Below are positions 1 through 9,916 of a stretch of DNA of 40,811 nucleotides, one piece after another. Source of the DNA: a virus (Duplodnaviria > Caudoviricetes); IMG/VR virus record IMGVR_UViG_3300030433_002499, positions 1 through 40,811 of that record. The stretch is one strand, 5' to 3'. The notes beneath the pieces are model-generated. The model saw only the letters and a list, made by a program, of their open reading frames with translations, did not search any database and was not told the origin of the DNA. The number at the start of each line of letters is the position of its first letter. The stretch's first letter is position 1. The translations under genes and the position numbers were made by a program.

Positions 1-156
1 GAAAATCCAAATCTTGATTTGGCTATAAAGAATACTCAATTATTGATGGAAAACGAGGACGATGAAGTGCTTGATTACAGACCGACTGAAAAGCAAACGG
101 TTCACCGAATTACACCCGTATTTGCATTAAATTATGATTTGTTGCCAGAGCAGTAA
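1..156 (+). CDS. 3' end of a hypothetical protein (truncated by window start)
   Basis: Frame 1 is open from base 1 (ENPNLDLAIK...LLPEQ) to TAA at 154-156, directly followed by the AGGAG RBS of the next gene. Confidence 0.55.
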   Translation, partial: ENPNLDLAIKNTQLLMENEDDEVLDYRPTEKQTVHRITPVFALNYDLLPEQ

Positions 157-170
157 GGAGAGCGAAATTC

Positions 171-2360
171 ATGTGGACAGAAATCCTGAAGTCTTTACCC
201 CGTGATAGGGCGGGGCTCATTGAAATGCTCAAGGATGATGTAGCATTTCGCCGCCTTATTCGGACTTTAGGAAGAAGAGAGTTAAGAGGAAATCATTTCA
301 TTAAGGATTTTCTTCGTCAAATTGACGACATGGAGGCAAGTGGCCAATTAGAAACCTTTCTTATGGTCATGCAAAATACCCCTCCTACAAATTATCCTTT
401 AGAAAAACTCAAAGAGAATCTCGCTACCTTGAGAGAAACTATTTCATACGAAACCGACGACTTGAAAATTCAAATCATTGATGAAGGGCTTGCTCTCTTA
501 GACAAAAGAACGAGTGGCGAACTCACTGATGCAGAAAAAAAGAGGCTAAATGCTCTACATAGTCAAATTTCAAGAATGACTTTACCTAAAGATAAATTCA
601 ATAACAAACTGAGAAGAGATTTTAGTGCAAAAAAGAAAACCTTTTTACAAAATTTTGGCGGATTTACGCTCACTTTTAACTTTCCCGAAGAAAAACAGGA
701 AGAGTTTAATCAAAAAGTGGGTGAGTTTGCCGCAAAAACTTACGAAATTCGTCAAGGTGAAGGAGAAACGAATGTCGGAGAGGCTTCGGGTAAGAAACTT
801 ATCACAAATTTCCTTGACGGCAAAGAATTTTTGGACTTTTTGCGCTCAAATGAGCAATTTAAGGAGGATTTTACCAAATTGGCCCGACCATTCGGCCCAG
901 ATTTGTCGGGATTGGGCATAAAATCGCGTCAAGACGACGAAAAAACCCGACTTCAGGCCCTTCATGCTAAAAAAGTCGTATTTACGCCCGCTACAATTGA
1001 TACAATTACAGAAGTCAATAAATATTTTGATGTTATCGCTGAACTTCCAGGCGCAAAAGGTATTTTTATGCCAAGAAAGGTGGAAACTACAGTAATAACA
1101 GAAAAAGGCACTACTGGAACCATTGGTATTCTTCCTCCTTCCCTCTTTCTTTTGAAGAACGATGCTAATTCTCTTAGTGCGAGAAGCAAAATTTCACAAT
1201 TGAGATTGAATCCCTATGCAAATCGTATTCTATTGAGTGGTTTTAGTAAAGATAACTGGTTTGAGAAGTTATTTGAGAGCGTAAAGATGGACATTTCTAC
1301 GCAAGACCAAGCGATGAATGCAATTTATCAAGACATTGTTAGAATTTACAATAAAGAAGAAAGTGAGTTAGGACTTAACCCAAGAGACTTTGCTGGACTA
1401 ACAAATCTTTCACAGAATGAAAAGACACGAAGAAATCAAATCAAAACATACCTTGAAAGAGGAGAACTTATGGGCGATATGCGAGATAAAGCCGTAGAGT
1501 TAAGATTAGGTAGATTTAACAAAGACACTAAGACCCTCACAGTGGCAGAGGGCAAAAAGTTGCAGAAGATTCTTGATGATTATAAAGAAGAAGAGAAATT
1601 AAGCCAAGAAGATGCTGATGAAATTCTTGGGCGCATTCGTTTAATTCCGTTAAACCCTGATGGGACAGAATCAATGCCCGTTAAAGTGGAAACTGAACCC
1701 GTAGAAGAAGGAGAAAAAAGAAAAATTCGCTCAACAGCAGAAAGAAGGGGTAGTAAAACAATTACACCTGTTGCTAGATATAAAATTACTCTTGCAGAAT
1801 TTAATGAAGATGAAGAAGAATTTGGAGATGAAAAGACAATTAAAATCGGTTCACTTATTGAGCATTTAGAAGGATTAGAAATAAATGTTTCTGATTTTTC
1901 TGGGCAAGTGAACCGTATTCGGGATTTCTTGGGAAGAGAGAACAATTTCAAAAACTATGTGGGCAGTTTGACTTCGGATGAAATTAAGAAGGCCGTTGAA
2001 GCAGGCTCGGGTTCTCAAGCCTACATGGACAGAATAGACCCACTGAACAGTCTCACATTCTTGAGCAATCTCAACAATTTGATGGAAGGCTCACCCGATG
2101 TTGGTTTCGTCAAGGAAACCTTATTAGCGATTGCCGATGAACAGGAACCATCCGAGAAGGCACAACTTATTGAGAAACTTGATGCAAAAATGCTTCCCAT
2201 ATTGAAGGATATGAGAGAATTTATGTTTGCGGCGGTTCAAGATAGGTTGGAAACCATCGGGAAGGATTACCTTAGATTAGCAGGCGGAAAACAAACAAAG
2301 GCTATGATGCAGGCTATTGAGGGTTTCAAGAAAGAAGGATTACTTACGGGTGGTGAATGA
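171..2360 (+). CDS. Large charged helical hypothetical protein with WxxILK leader; candidate internal virion protein
   Basis: 729-aa ORF with AGGAG upstream; starts MWTEILK; K/E-rich; no recognisable catalytic motif. Confidence 0.7.
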   Translation: MWTEILKSLPRDRAGLIEMLKDDVAFRRLIRTLGRRELRGNHFIKDFLRQIDDMEASGQLETFLMVMQNTPPTNYPLEKLKENLATLRETISYETDDLKIQIIDEGLALLDKRTSGELTDAEKKRLNALHSQISRMTLPKDKFNNKLRRDFSAKKKTFLQNFGGFTLTFNFPEEKQEEFNQKVGEFAAKTYEIRQGEGETNVGEASGKKLITNFLDGKEFLDFLRSNEQFKEDFTKLARPFGPDLSGLGIKSRQDDEKTRLQALHAKKVVFTPATIDTITEVNKYFDVIAELPGAKGIFMPRKVETTVITEKGTTGTIGILPPSLFLLKNDANSLSARSKISQLRLNPYANRILLSGFSKDNWFEKLFESVKMDISTQDQAMNAIYQDIVRIYNKEESELGLNPRDFAGLTNLSQNEKTRRNQIKTYLERGELMGDMRDKAVELRLGRFNKDTKTLTVAEGKKLQKILDDYKEEEKLSQEDADEILGRIRLIPLNPDGTESMPVKVETEPVEEGEKRKIRSTAERRGSKTITPVARYKITLAEFNEDEEEFGDEKTIKIGSLIEHLEGLEINVSDFSGQVNRIRDFLGRENNFKNYVGSLTSDEIKKAVEAGSGSQAYMDRIDPLNSLTFLSNLNNLMEGSPDVGFVKETLLAIADEQEPSEKAQLIEKLDAKMLPILKDMREFMFAAVQDRLETIGKDYLRLAGGKQTKAMMQAIEGFKKEGLLTGGE

Positions 2361-5091
2361 TTTGAAATTATCGGATATTTCTGCTGACGAGATTCAAAGT
2401 TATAGGACTGGTAAGGGAGCCACAAGAAAGATTATGCGGCAGAAGTGGAGAAGGGCCATCTCCGAACAATATCCCGATAAGGAAAAGGCCAAAGAGGTTA
2501 GACAGAAACTATTTCGTGAATTAGAAGCCGCTATGGGTGAAAGAAATATCCCGAAGCAACAGGTAGGATATAGCAAAGGAAAGGCTTTCTACGATGCTTT
2601 AGATAACTTGGGACTTACTCACAAAAGCGTTCCAATTTCTAATTTAGAGAAGTATTATCGTAGCATTAGGGTGGCTAATCCAGATGATTCTTTATTTGCT
2701 CAAAACCAAAGAGGAGTTATGTTTTCCTCTAGCAGAGTAGAAAACTCTTATAAAAACTATCTTTTACAGATTGGCCCAGAAGAAAAAGATAATGTCATTA
2801 GTAATGTCAAGAAAATTAGAAATCAAATAAAGAAAAGATTGGCTGACGAAAGAGCCGCTAAGAGAAGCAAACTCATTAAAATTGATAAATCTCAATTCCT
2901 CGGTGCTACGGATATGTCAAAGGCTACAACGAGAGAAGCCATTTATGACCATTGGGAAGCGGCTTCCAAATTATATCCGAAGGTTAGAGAAACATTGGAT
3001 AAACTTCTTGAAGAAGCCACCAATACCGACATTTACGAATTGATGATGGCCGACCTTAGAAAGAAAGAGCAAGAATTTATTCGTGGGTCGGGTTCCTTTA
3101 CTCCTGCTGGTGAAAGAGATAGCGATAAAATTAGAGCAGAAGTTATTGTTCTTCAAGACTTACAGGAAGAAGTCAAGAAGAAGAAAGAAGCCTATGATAA
3201 GGATTTAGCCGCCATCAAGTCAAAGGTTGAGAAAGCCAATTTTGAATACTTGGTGAAAATTGACAGAGTAAAAGGCCTTAATTATCAAGTGGATGCTTGG
3301 GACAGAATGCTTGATGCTATCGCTCGCTATGAAGCCGCAGAGAACGCCACACAGTTTCAAGAATCAAAGGCGAACATTGGTGGAAAGGCAGGGGCCGATG
3401 CTCAAACTGCCCTGCGAGAAAGTGGTTTGTTCACCGAAGAGGCAAGTAATGTTCCAGCACAAAACAAAAATTATGCCGTTGCTGAAATGAATGAGGTTTT
3501 AGCCGACGATACCATAGACGATGCGCCCGAAGAAATTAAAGATGAATTGCGAGAGATTGCCGCCGCACTTGACCCACTTCTCGCTATTGAATTGGTGGAG
3601 AACAGAAAGTTGATTGCTCTTAATGAGCAGAGCAAGGACAAACTCAAAGGAGCCATTGAAGAATTAAAGGAAGGGGCCAATTTGGAATTCGTTTCCGAAG
3701 CCGATAAGTGGTTGAGAGAAATTGAGGATTCGTATGTTCTTGACAGAAAGGAATACATTCTTCCTGCTTCAGTGTATAAGTCCAAAAGAGGCATTGAATT
3801 AAAAATCAACAAATTACCCACTGCTATTGAAGATTTTACTTTGGATATTGGCGGAGTGGCAGAAAAGAAGTTTGAGTATTCTCCTTCCTTTGCTGGACTC
3901 ATGGAGGGCGAGGACATTCTTTCTGCAAAAACAAAAGCAGAGTGGAAAGACGGCATTACCCCCGCAGAGGATTTGAATAACCTCTTTGATGCTATTCACA
4001 TTCTATTTACTTCGCAACGCTATTCCTTTATCCGATATTCTCGCACCCAAAAGGGAGCAGGTAAAACCGAAGGCGTTTCGCCAGCAGAAGTAGAACGCCT
4101 CGGAAGAAGCGCAACCGTTGAAGGAAAGCGAAAACTGCAAAGCCTGTTGAGGCCATACCCTGTTATTCCATCAAGGCAGGGCCAATTGATTTCGGGTCTT
4201 AGCGATACCGATAAGGGCGTAGGTAAGGCTCTTGCTGATTTCATAGAAGCGTGCAACGAGTATTATGTTGAGCCTTTCTTGAAGGGTATGACCCCAATTG
4301 CTTATCCTCGCTACATGACGGGTGCGGGCATCAAAGCATTGACAGCCATTGGTCAAGAATTAGGCTATGAAAGTATGATGGGCAACATCTCTCGCAGACT
4401 ATCAAACACTGCGTCCACCGCTATTACGCAGGGAACGATGAGCAGTTTGACCACTTTCTTGACGATGATTGATGAAGTGGTGGTAGTGAATGATGCTACA
4501 ATTAAGACTGCTAAGAGGGCAGTAAAGGCCTTGACTAAAATTTTCGGAGACGAAGAGAAAAACAGAAACACTGTCGCGGCAATTCTCATGCATTTTATTG
4601 AGCAAACGAGAAAGGACGATTCAGACACCAATCGTTCAAGAGACGATTTCTACGGAGAAACAATTCAAGCAAGAGCGAAGGCTTTCCACACAAAGAAGGT
4701 CGGGTCATATCCTATTTTTGCACTTTACCCATTCCTTGAAACCAACCAAGGTCTTTTGACGAGAAGTGCGCCAATGAAGCGGGAGTATGAGAAGTTAATG
4801 CGAACCCTCTCCGAGATTGACGATGAATTGCCAGAAGTTTTGACCAAACTACTGAAAGCCCACAATGCCATTAGAAAGGCGATGGGCAAGGAAGTTATCA
4901 CGCCACGATTCCGAGCGAACCATGAAGGATATGATGGTTTAATTGATTTGATGTATAAAGAAGAAAGCATTGACCTTAGCCACCTTGAGGTTGAGAATAT
5001 CGTGAAGGCGGTTGATTCTCATTCAAACATTGGGAAGGAATATGGTATTACCGAGGAACAGGTGTATTTGATTAAGGCATATGTGAGATGA
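2317..5091 (+). CDS. Large helical hypothetical protein with possible C-terminal helix-turn-helix
   Basis: About 910-924 aa ORF; true start probably GTG 2353 or TTG 2362 after GGTGA; C-terminus SHSNIGKEYGITEEQVYLIK looks HTH-like. Confidence 0.7.
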   Translation: MRVSRKKDYLRVVNDLKLSDISADEIQSYRTGKGATRKIMRQKWRRAISEQYPDKEKAKEVRQKLFRELEAAMGERNIPKQQVGYSKGKAFYDALDNLGLTHKSVPISNLEKYYRSIRVANPDDSLFAQNQRGVMFSSSRVENSYKNYLLQIGPEEKDNVISNVKKIRNQIKKRLADERAAKRSKLIKIDKSQFLGATDMSKATTREAIYDHWEAASKLYPKVRETLDKLLEEATNTDIYELMMADLRKKEQEFIRGSGSFTPAGERDSDKIRAEVIVLQDLQEEVKKKKEAYDKDLAAIKSKVEKANFEYLVKIDRVKGLNYQVDAWDRMLDAIARYEAAENATQFQESKANIGGKAGADAQTALRESGLFTEEASNVPAQNKNYAVAEMNEVLADDTIDDAPEEIKDELREIAAALDPLLAIELVENRKLIALNEQSKDKLKGAIEELKEGANLEFVSEADKWLREIEDSYVLDRKEYILPASVYKSKRGIELKINKLPTAIEDFTLDIGGVAEKKFEYSPSFAGLMEGEDILSAKTKAEWKDGITPAEDLNNLFDAIHILFTSQRYSFIRYSRTQKGAGKTEGVSPAEVERLGRSATVEGKRKLQSLLRPYPVIPSRQGQLISGLSDTDKGVGKALADFIEACNEYYVEPFLKGMTPIAYPRYMTGAGIKALTAIGQELGYESMMGNISRRLSNTASTAITQGTMSSLTTFLTMIDEVVVVNDATIKTAKRAVKALTKIFGDEEKNRNTVAAILMHFIEQTRKDDSDTNRSRDDFYGETIQARAKAFHTKKVGSYPIFALYPFLETNQGLLTRSAPMKREYEKLMRTLSEIDDELPEVLTKLLKAHNAIRKAMGKEVITPRFRANHEGYDGLIDLMYKEESIDLSHLEVENIVKAVDSHSNIGKEYGITEEQVYLIKAYVR

Positions 5092-5095
5092 TACT

Positions 5096-5755
5096 ATGCC
5101 CGAAAAATTCTCTGCGTCGGACATCACTTTCAAAGAGATGTCCGAAGAGGAAGCAGTGAAGGAATTTCAAAACGATGGTTATTTTGACTATGCCAAACGC
5201 AGAATGAGATACCGTAGTATTCCCACTGATTCAGTTTGGGCCACTGCACCAGCAAGAATGTTCGTGGCGTATTATGAGAACAAACCTGTGGGGGTTATTG
5301 GGTTCTCCAAACACAAAAATGTTTTACTTGGTGCGGGTGTCCATGTTCGTAGCGAGTATAGGGGGCGGGGCCTCACGGGGATTTTGATTGACAAATTGCT
5401 TTCCGAGAAAGGTTCCACCACGCTTTACATTAACATTATGAATCCAAATGTCTCATCGTCTTACAGAAAAAGGGGGTTTGTTGATATGAAAGAAGAAACA
5501 TTACCAGAGGATGCAAGAGAAGCCATTGAAGGAATAGGCTTTCAAGACCAAGTGCAAAAGTGGATGGTTAATTCATCGGGCGGCTGGTTTGATGAATTGA
5601 AGAAAAAGAAGGCAACCGCTACCCATAACAGTAGAGGCGAAAAGAAAGACCGTTGCGCTAGATTAGCCGATAAAAAGTATGGAATGAAAAGTTCCGCATA
5701 TAAATCAGGCTACATGGTTCAATGCCGAAGAGGAAAGGTTTCAAGAAAGAAGTGA
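5096..5755 (+). CDS. GNAT-family acetyltransferase fused to a small basic C-terminal domain
   Basis: Acetyl-CoA motif A VHVRSEYRGRGLTGILI and motif B SSYRKRGF; basic tail KKDRCARLADKKYG..SAYKSGYMVQCRRGK. Confidence 0.8.
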   Translation: MPEKFSASDITFKEMSEEEAVKEFQNDGYFDYAKRRMRYRSIPTDSVWATAPARMFVAYYENKPVGVIGFSKHKNVLLGAGVHVRSEYRGRGLTGILIDKLLSEKGSTTLYINIMNPNVSSSYRKRGFVDMKEETLPEDAREAIEGIGFQDQVQKWMVNSSGGWFDELKKKKATATHNSRGEKKDRCARLADKKYGMKSSAYKSGYMVQCRRGKVSRKK

Positions 5756-5759
5756 TGCT

Positions 5760-6020
5760 ATGTCTTGGAAAGAAGTCCTCAAAGGCGGAGATAACTTCGC
5801 AAGAGAAAAGAAATCGGGACTTCACGGATGGTTTTCACGAAGAGGTGGAAAGCAAACAAAAGGTGGTAAAACGCAGGGAGGATGGATTGCTTGCGGAACC
5901 TGTAAGCAAAAAGGTGGCCCTAAACCCTGTGGTCGGGCTGATGCTTCTAAAGGAAAAAAGCGTAGATGCCGCCCTACTTGCGCCGCTTGTAAAACTTACA
6001 AACGGAGGAAGGGGGCTTGA
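5760..6020 (+). CDS. Small basic Cys/Gly-rich protein with WxxVLK leader
   Basis: 86 aa; starts MSWKEVLK; contains GLHGWF, CGTC, KPCGR and CRPTCAAC; very K/R-rich. Confidence 0.7.
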   Translation: MSWKEVLKGGDNFAREKKSGLHGWFSRRGGKQTKGGKTQGGWIACGTCKQKGGPKPCGRADASKGKKRRCRPTCAACKTYKRRKGA

Positions 6021-6592
6021 ATTGGTTTTCTATCCTCAAGAAAGAGAAGTGGGAGGGAACGCTCTCTGCTAAGAAAAAGAAAATGCTTGACCGAAATCCT
6101 AAAATTAAAATTGACATACCTAAAATGTCTTATCCAAAAGAAGAGACAGAGATTCCTGCTATTCTAAAAGTTATGGAGAAGAAAGAATTAGACCCAAAGC
6201 AAATGAAGGACGCTGATTTGAAACCCGATGTTGAGATGTTTAAAGTGGTTGATGTTGATAAAGAAGAATACAGAGATTTTATGAGAGACACAAACTACTA
6301 CGCCATGACTCTCAAAATGAAATATATGCGACCCCGCCCACATCAAATCTCCGACAAAATTTCAACAACAAAGACTAAAACAGACGACACACCAGCGTTT
6401 CCCAGTGGACACTCCATGTTGGCGCATGGTTTGGAAAGAGTATTGAGCAAAAGGTTCCCCGAAAAGAAAAAAGAACTCAAGGCGATGGCTGATAAAATCT
6501 CACTATCAAGAATGCAAATGGGAAGTCATTATCCAAGCGATATTCAAGCAGGAAAGAAAATAGGCTATATGTTAGGTGATGCTTATGAATGA
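6017..6592 (+). CDS. PAP2/haloperoxidase-superfamily phosphatase with WxxILK leader
   Basis: All three PAP2 motifs are present: KMKYMRPRP (KX6RP), FPSGH and SRMQMGSHYPSD (SRX5HX3D); no transmembrane segments; TTG start overlaps the upstream stop. Confidence 0.85.
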   Translation: MNWFSILKKEKWEGTLSAKKKKMLDRNPKIKIDIPKMSYPKEETEIPAILKVMEKKELDPKQMKDADLKPDVEMFKVVDVDKEEYRDFMRDTNYYAMTLKMKYMRPRPHQISDKISTTKTKTDDTPAFPSGHSMLAHGLERVLSKRFPEKKKELKAMADKISLSRMQMGSHYPSDIQAGKKIGYMLGDAYE

Positions 6593-6875
6593 TTGGCAGG
6601 AAATTCTTAAAAAGAAAAAAAAGCCCTTCAAAGGCTACAATAAAAAGATTCACGCAAGAACGGGTGGATTAAGTGCTAAAGGTCGTGCTAAGTTTAAGCG
6701 TGAACAAGGTTCTAATTTAAAGCCTCCAGTGACTACTAAGCCCAGTAAGTTAAAAAGAGGAAGCAAAGCAGCAAAAAGAAGAAAGTCTTTCTGTGCAAGG
6801 TCAAGAGGCTTTAAGCGAGCAGATGGAACTTATAGCGAAAAAGCAAGAGCCGCAAGAAAGAGGTGGAATTGTTAA
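6585..6875 (+). CDS. Small highly basic protein with WxxILK leader (possible DNA-binding or condensing protein)
   Basis: ATG 6585 follows GGTGAT; starts MNDWQEILK; GGLSAKGRAKF..NLKPPV..RRKSFCARS..ARKRWNC resembles small basic proteins I recall from marine phage genomes (not searched). Confidence 0.7.
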   Translation: MNDWQEILKKKKKPFKGYNKKIHARTGGLSAKGRAKFKREQGSNLKPPVTTKPSKLKRGSKAAKRRKSFCARSRGFKRADGTYSEKARAARKRWNC

Positions 6876-7486
6876 TGTCATGGAACCTCATCCTTAAAAT
6901 TAAAAACAATGAGGGAAATAACCTCATTGTTTCCGATGTGGAATTGTTTAAGGAGAGGCTTCGTCTTGCTATGAATGTAGCAGGTGCTAAACACTTTGGG
7001 AAGATTAAGCGATATGCAAACGAAGGCGACCCAAGAAAGGCCAGTGTTGTTATCAAAGAAAGTTATGTTGGTGAATTGTTAAAACTTACTGCAAGTGTTC
7101 GCCATCCAGATATTCCAACGCTTAGAAACTATTATGAGTTTCTGATGAAAGAAGATGATACAGGGGATTACTATTACCTATCTGCATTTGGCCCTTCATT
7201 GAAATTAACTCAGTCCTCTGTTGTTGCTAACGAAAATGCACTATTATCTGAATTCCAAAAGGCAATTGAAGCCACTATTCGGCAGACCGTAAGAGAGTCT
7301 AAAGACTTACGAGATACTTCTGGAGAACAGAGACAAACCGGACAAGAAGTTATTGATGATGTAGAAAGCGCAAATCCCGGCTATGTTATGATTAATCAAA
7401 AAATGTATAACAAAAAGAAATTAGAAGAAAGGGCTGAGAAGCAGGGTATTACTTATGGTGAGTTAGTAAGGAGGATGGGTGGATGA
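6875..7486 (+). CDS. Hypothetical protein with WxxILK leader
   Basis: TAATG overlap at 6873-6877 with GAGGTG upstream; starts MSWNLILK. Confidence 0.7.
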   Translation: MSWNLILKIKNNEGNNLIVSDVELFKERLRLAMNVAGAKHFGKIKRYANEGDPRKASVVIKESYVGELLKLTASVRHPDIPTLRNYYEFLMKEDDTGDYYYLSAFGPSLKLTQSSVVANENALLSEFQKAIEATIRQTVRESKDLRDTSGEQRQTGQEVIDDVESANPGYVMINQKMYNKKKLEERAEKQGITYGELVRRMGG

Positions 7487-7716
7487 TTCGTAAAATGACA
7501 GAAGATAGGCTAAGAGAAGATGGCCGAGAATTAGTTAAGCAATTAAGTGATATGGCCGACACAATTAACGATATGAAAGAAATCGTGTATGAATTTGTCG
7601 GTGGAGAGAATGTTGATTTAGAAGAACTTAAGAGATTACTTTTAGGTTTTGATGCAAGAGTTTCTAATATTGAAGGAGCCTTTGCGAATATTTTTAGAAG
7701 TGCAAGGGATTCGTGA
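7483..7716 (+). CDS. Small coiled-coil hypothetical protein
   Basis: 77-aa ORF with ATGA overlap and a heptad-like Leu/Ile pattern. Confidence 0.55.
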   Translation: MIRKMTEDRLREDGRELVKQLSDMADTINDMKEIVYEFVGGENVDLEELKRLLLGFDARVSNIEGAFANIFRSARDS

Positions 7717-8483
7717 TGAATTGGTTTTCTATTCTTAAAATGCCAAAGGGCGTCAAATATAATGGCCCAGATTTTAAGAACGAGGCTCAATATAAGGCGG
7801 CTTCCATTAAAATTAGATTAGGCTGGCATGATAATAAGGCACGAACATATAACCTTAGATTAAAGACTTTACAAAAAAACAGCGATATAGATTTGACAGA
7901 TGTAGAAAACCCTATCTATCAAGAATTAAAATATTATCAAGAAATGAGAAATTTTCATGCTAGGCAAAGCGATAGAATCAGAAAATGTTTAAAATTAGAC
8001 AAAACAGAATGTAATGATTTTTATTCTTTAGAGTTAGAGGGAGATAATAGGAGGAAAAACAAGTTGATAACTACTCCTACCGGTAAGCAAGACCCATATG
8101 TAGAATTATCATTAGAAGCCTATAACGATTTGACAGTCCGCCAAAAGAAGAATTATCACGATGCTATGGCTTTTTACGGAAAAGATTATGCTTTTCATGG
8201 TAGAATGAAAAGTAGGCTGCAACGAGAAAGTAGGCTACAAACATTTCCTTCACCTAAATACGGAGGAGAATCAATAGATTCTGGCAAGAAAGAAACTACA
8301 AAAGAAGAATATTTGAACATGGAGAGAGAAGATAAAAAGAGATTTCACACAAGAGAAAAATCAAGAGCAAGAAGAGCAGGTAATAAAGAACTAAATAGAT
8401 TTCATAACAAAATGAGAACTAGGATTATGAATAACGACCTACCAACATATTTCTCACCCGAACACGAACAGGAGGAATCCTAA
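7716..8483 (+). CDS. His-repeat hypothetical protein with WxxILK leader
   Basis: Starts MNWFSILK; three imperfect repeats of Y..(K)xxY/F/WH ... FHxRMxxR[IL]. Confidence 0.7.
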   Translation: MNWFSILKMPKGVKYNGPDFKNEAQYKAASIKIRLGWHDNKARTYNLRLKTLQKNSDIDLTDVENPIYQELKYYQEMRNFHARQSDRIRKCLKLDKTECNDFYSLELEGDNRRKNKLITTPTGKQDPYVELSLEAYNDLTVRQKKNYHDAMAFYGKDYAFHGRMKSRLQRESRLQTFPSPKYGGESIDSGKKETTKEEYLNMEREDKKRFHTREKSRARRAGNKELNRFHNKMRTRIMNNDLPTYFSPEHEQEES

Positions 8484-9907
8484 TGGAATTAGATACATTT
8501 AACTTTGAACATGAAATGGATATGAAGTTATCCAAAAATTCATTTCCTTATTTCTTTCAAAATGTTCTTGGTTTTGACTTTCCTTCCTACATTCAAGAAT
8601 GGCATGAGTTAATGAACAACACTCAAAGAACAGTTATCATTTGTTCACGCGACCACGGCAAATCAGTGTTTATGCATTCTTGGGTTGTGTGGAAACTTAT
8701 TTTTGAAGAGCCACCATATCAAATGCTTTACATTTCTTCTAACCAAAAGCAGACTCTCGTTCACATGAGGGACATTGACAAAATGTTCACCCACCCCATG
8801 CTCAAGAAATTCAAACCTGCGAGGGGTTGGGCTATCGGAAACATTACCCTCACCAATGGAAATCAAATCCTTGAGCGTTCCGTAGGCTCGCAGATTCGTG
8901 GTTTGCACCCTCAAGAAATTGTTATTGACGACCCTCTAAAAGAATTCAGCATGACGGGGATTCAAAAAGTGACCGATTGGTTTTACGGTGATATGATTCC
9001 TACGCTTCACCACACAGCATCGCTTAGAGTTATTGGAACACCTTTCAGTTATACAGATATTTACCAACAACTTGCAGAAAATCCTGCATATACAGTTAGA
9101 ACATATCCATGTCTAAATTCTCTTAATGAACCTCTTTGGCCAGAACGCTGGAATTATGAAGCATTGATGGCCCGTAAAGCAGAAGTAGGTTCTTTGATGT
9201 TCACACGGGAATATATGTGTGTTCCGATTTCAACAGGAACTTCTCTGTTTAATCCAGAATACTTGGATGCGGCAAAGAATAAAGATTTAGTTTTGAAACC
9301 CCATCGTAGAGAAGGAATGAAATACTTTGTAGGCGTAGACCCCGCTATTTCAACAGATGGAGACTACAATGTGATTACTGTTCTTGAAATGGACGAGAAC
9401 GAAAATAAATCTATTGTTTATATTGACCGAGCAAAGAATGTTCAATTTAGAGAAAATATTCAAAAGGTTAAAATTATTGGTCAACTTTTCCGCCCAGAAG
9501 TTATTCTTTTTGAAACAAATACCTTCGCTAAATCGTTCACACAGGAATTACGCCAAGTAGCAGACCTTAATGTTCACGACTTCAACACCACCCGAAAGAA
9601 GAAGCAGGAGATTATTCTTAACTTACAAATGACTTTAGAAAACTCAAAGATGAGTTTTCCCTATGGAAATGAAGAAAGTCGCCGCGTTTCTTCTGCATTA
9701 ATTGAGGAATTGTCTATGTTTGCCATTACTGAACGAGGGAAGTTTGAGGGTATCGGGGCGCATGACGATATGGTGATGAGCCTTGCGTTAGCGAATGCGG
9801 CCACTTATCAAGCGACGGATAACTTCATACTGCTTGATGATTTGGGACTCTTTGAGGATGCGAAGCCTGCACGAACAGGCTACCGTGGAATCGGTTTGAA
9901 TTTTTGA
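8483..9907 (+). CDS. terL: Terminase large subunit
   Basis: Walker A SRDHGKS, Walker B IVIDD, coupling motif IGTP, RNase H-like nuclease FVGVDPA...HDDMVMSLALA; lies upstream of the portal. Confidence 0.95.
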   Translation: MELDTFNFEHEMDMKLSKNSFPYFFQNVLGFDFPSYIQEWHELMNNTQRTVIICSRDHGKSVFMHSWVVWKLIFEEPPYQMLYISSNQKQTLVHMRDIDKMFTHPMLKKFKPARGWAIGNITLTNGNQILERSVGSQIRGLHPQEIVIDDPLKEFSMTGIQKVTDWFYGDMIPTLHHTASLRVIGTPFSYTDIYQQLAENPAYTVRTYPCLNSLNEPLWPERWNYEALMARKAEVGSLMFTREYMCVPISTGTSLFNPEYLDAAKNKDLVLKPHRREGMKYFVGVDPAISTDGDYNVITVLEMDENENKSIVYIDRAKNVQFRENIQKVKIIGQLFRPEVILFETNTFAKSFTQELRQVADLNVHDFNTTRKKKQEIILNLQMTLENSKMSFPYGNEESRRVSSALIEELSMFAITERGKFEGIGAHDDMVMSLALANAATYQATDNFILLDDLGLFEDAKPARTGYRGIGLNF

Positions 9908-9916
9908 GGTGATATT

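Noticed and set aside
5722-6072. 116-aa + strand ORF overlapping 5760-6020
   Set aside because: It is an alternative frame; the 5760 ORF has the leader motif and fits between its neighbours without large overlaps
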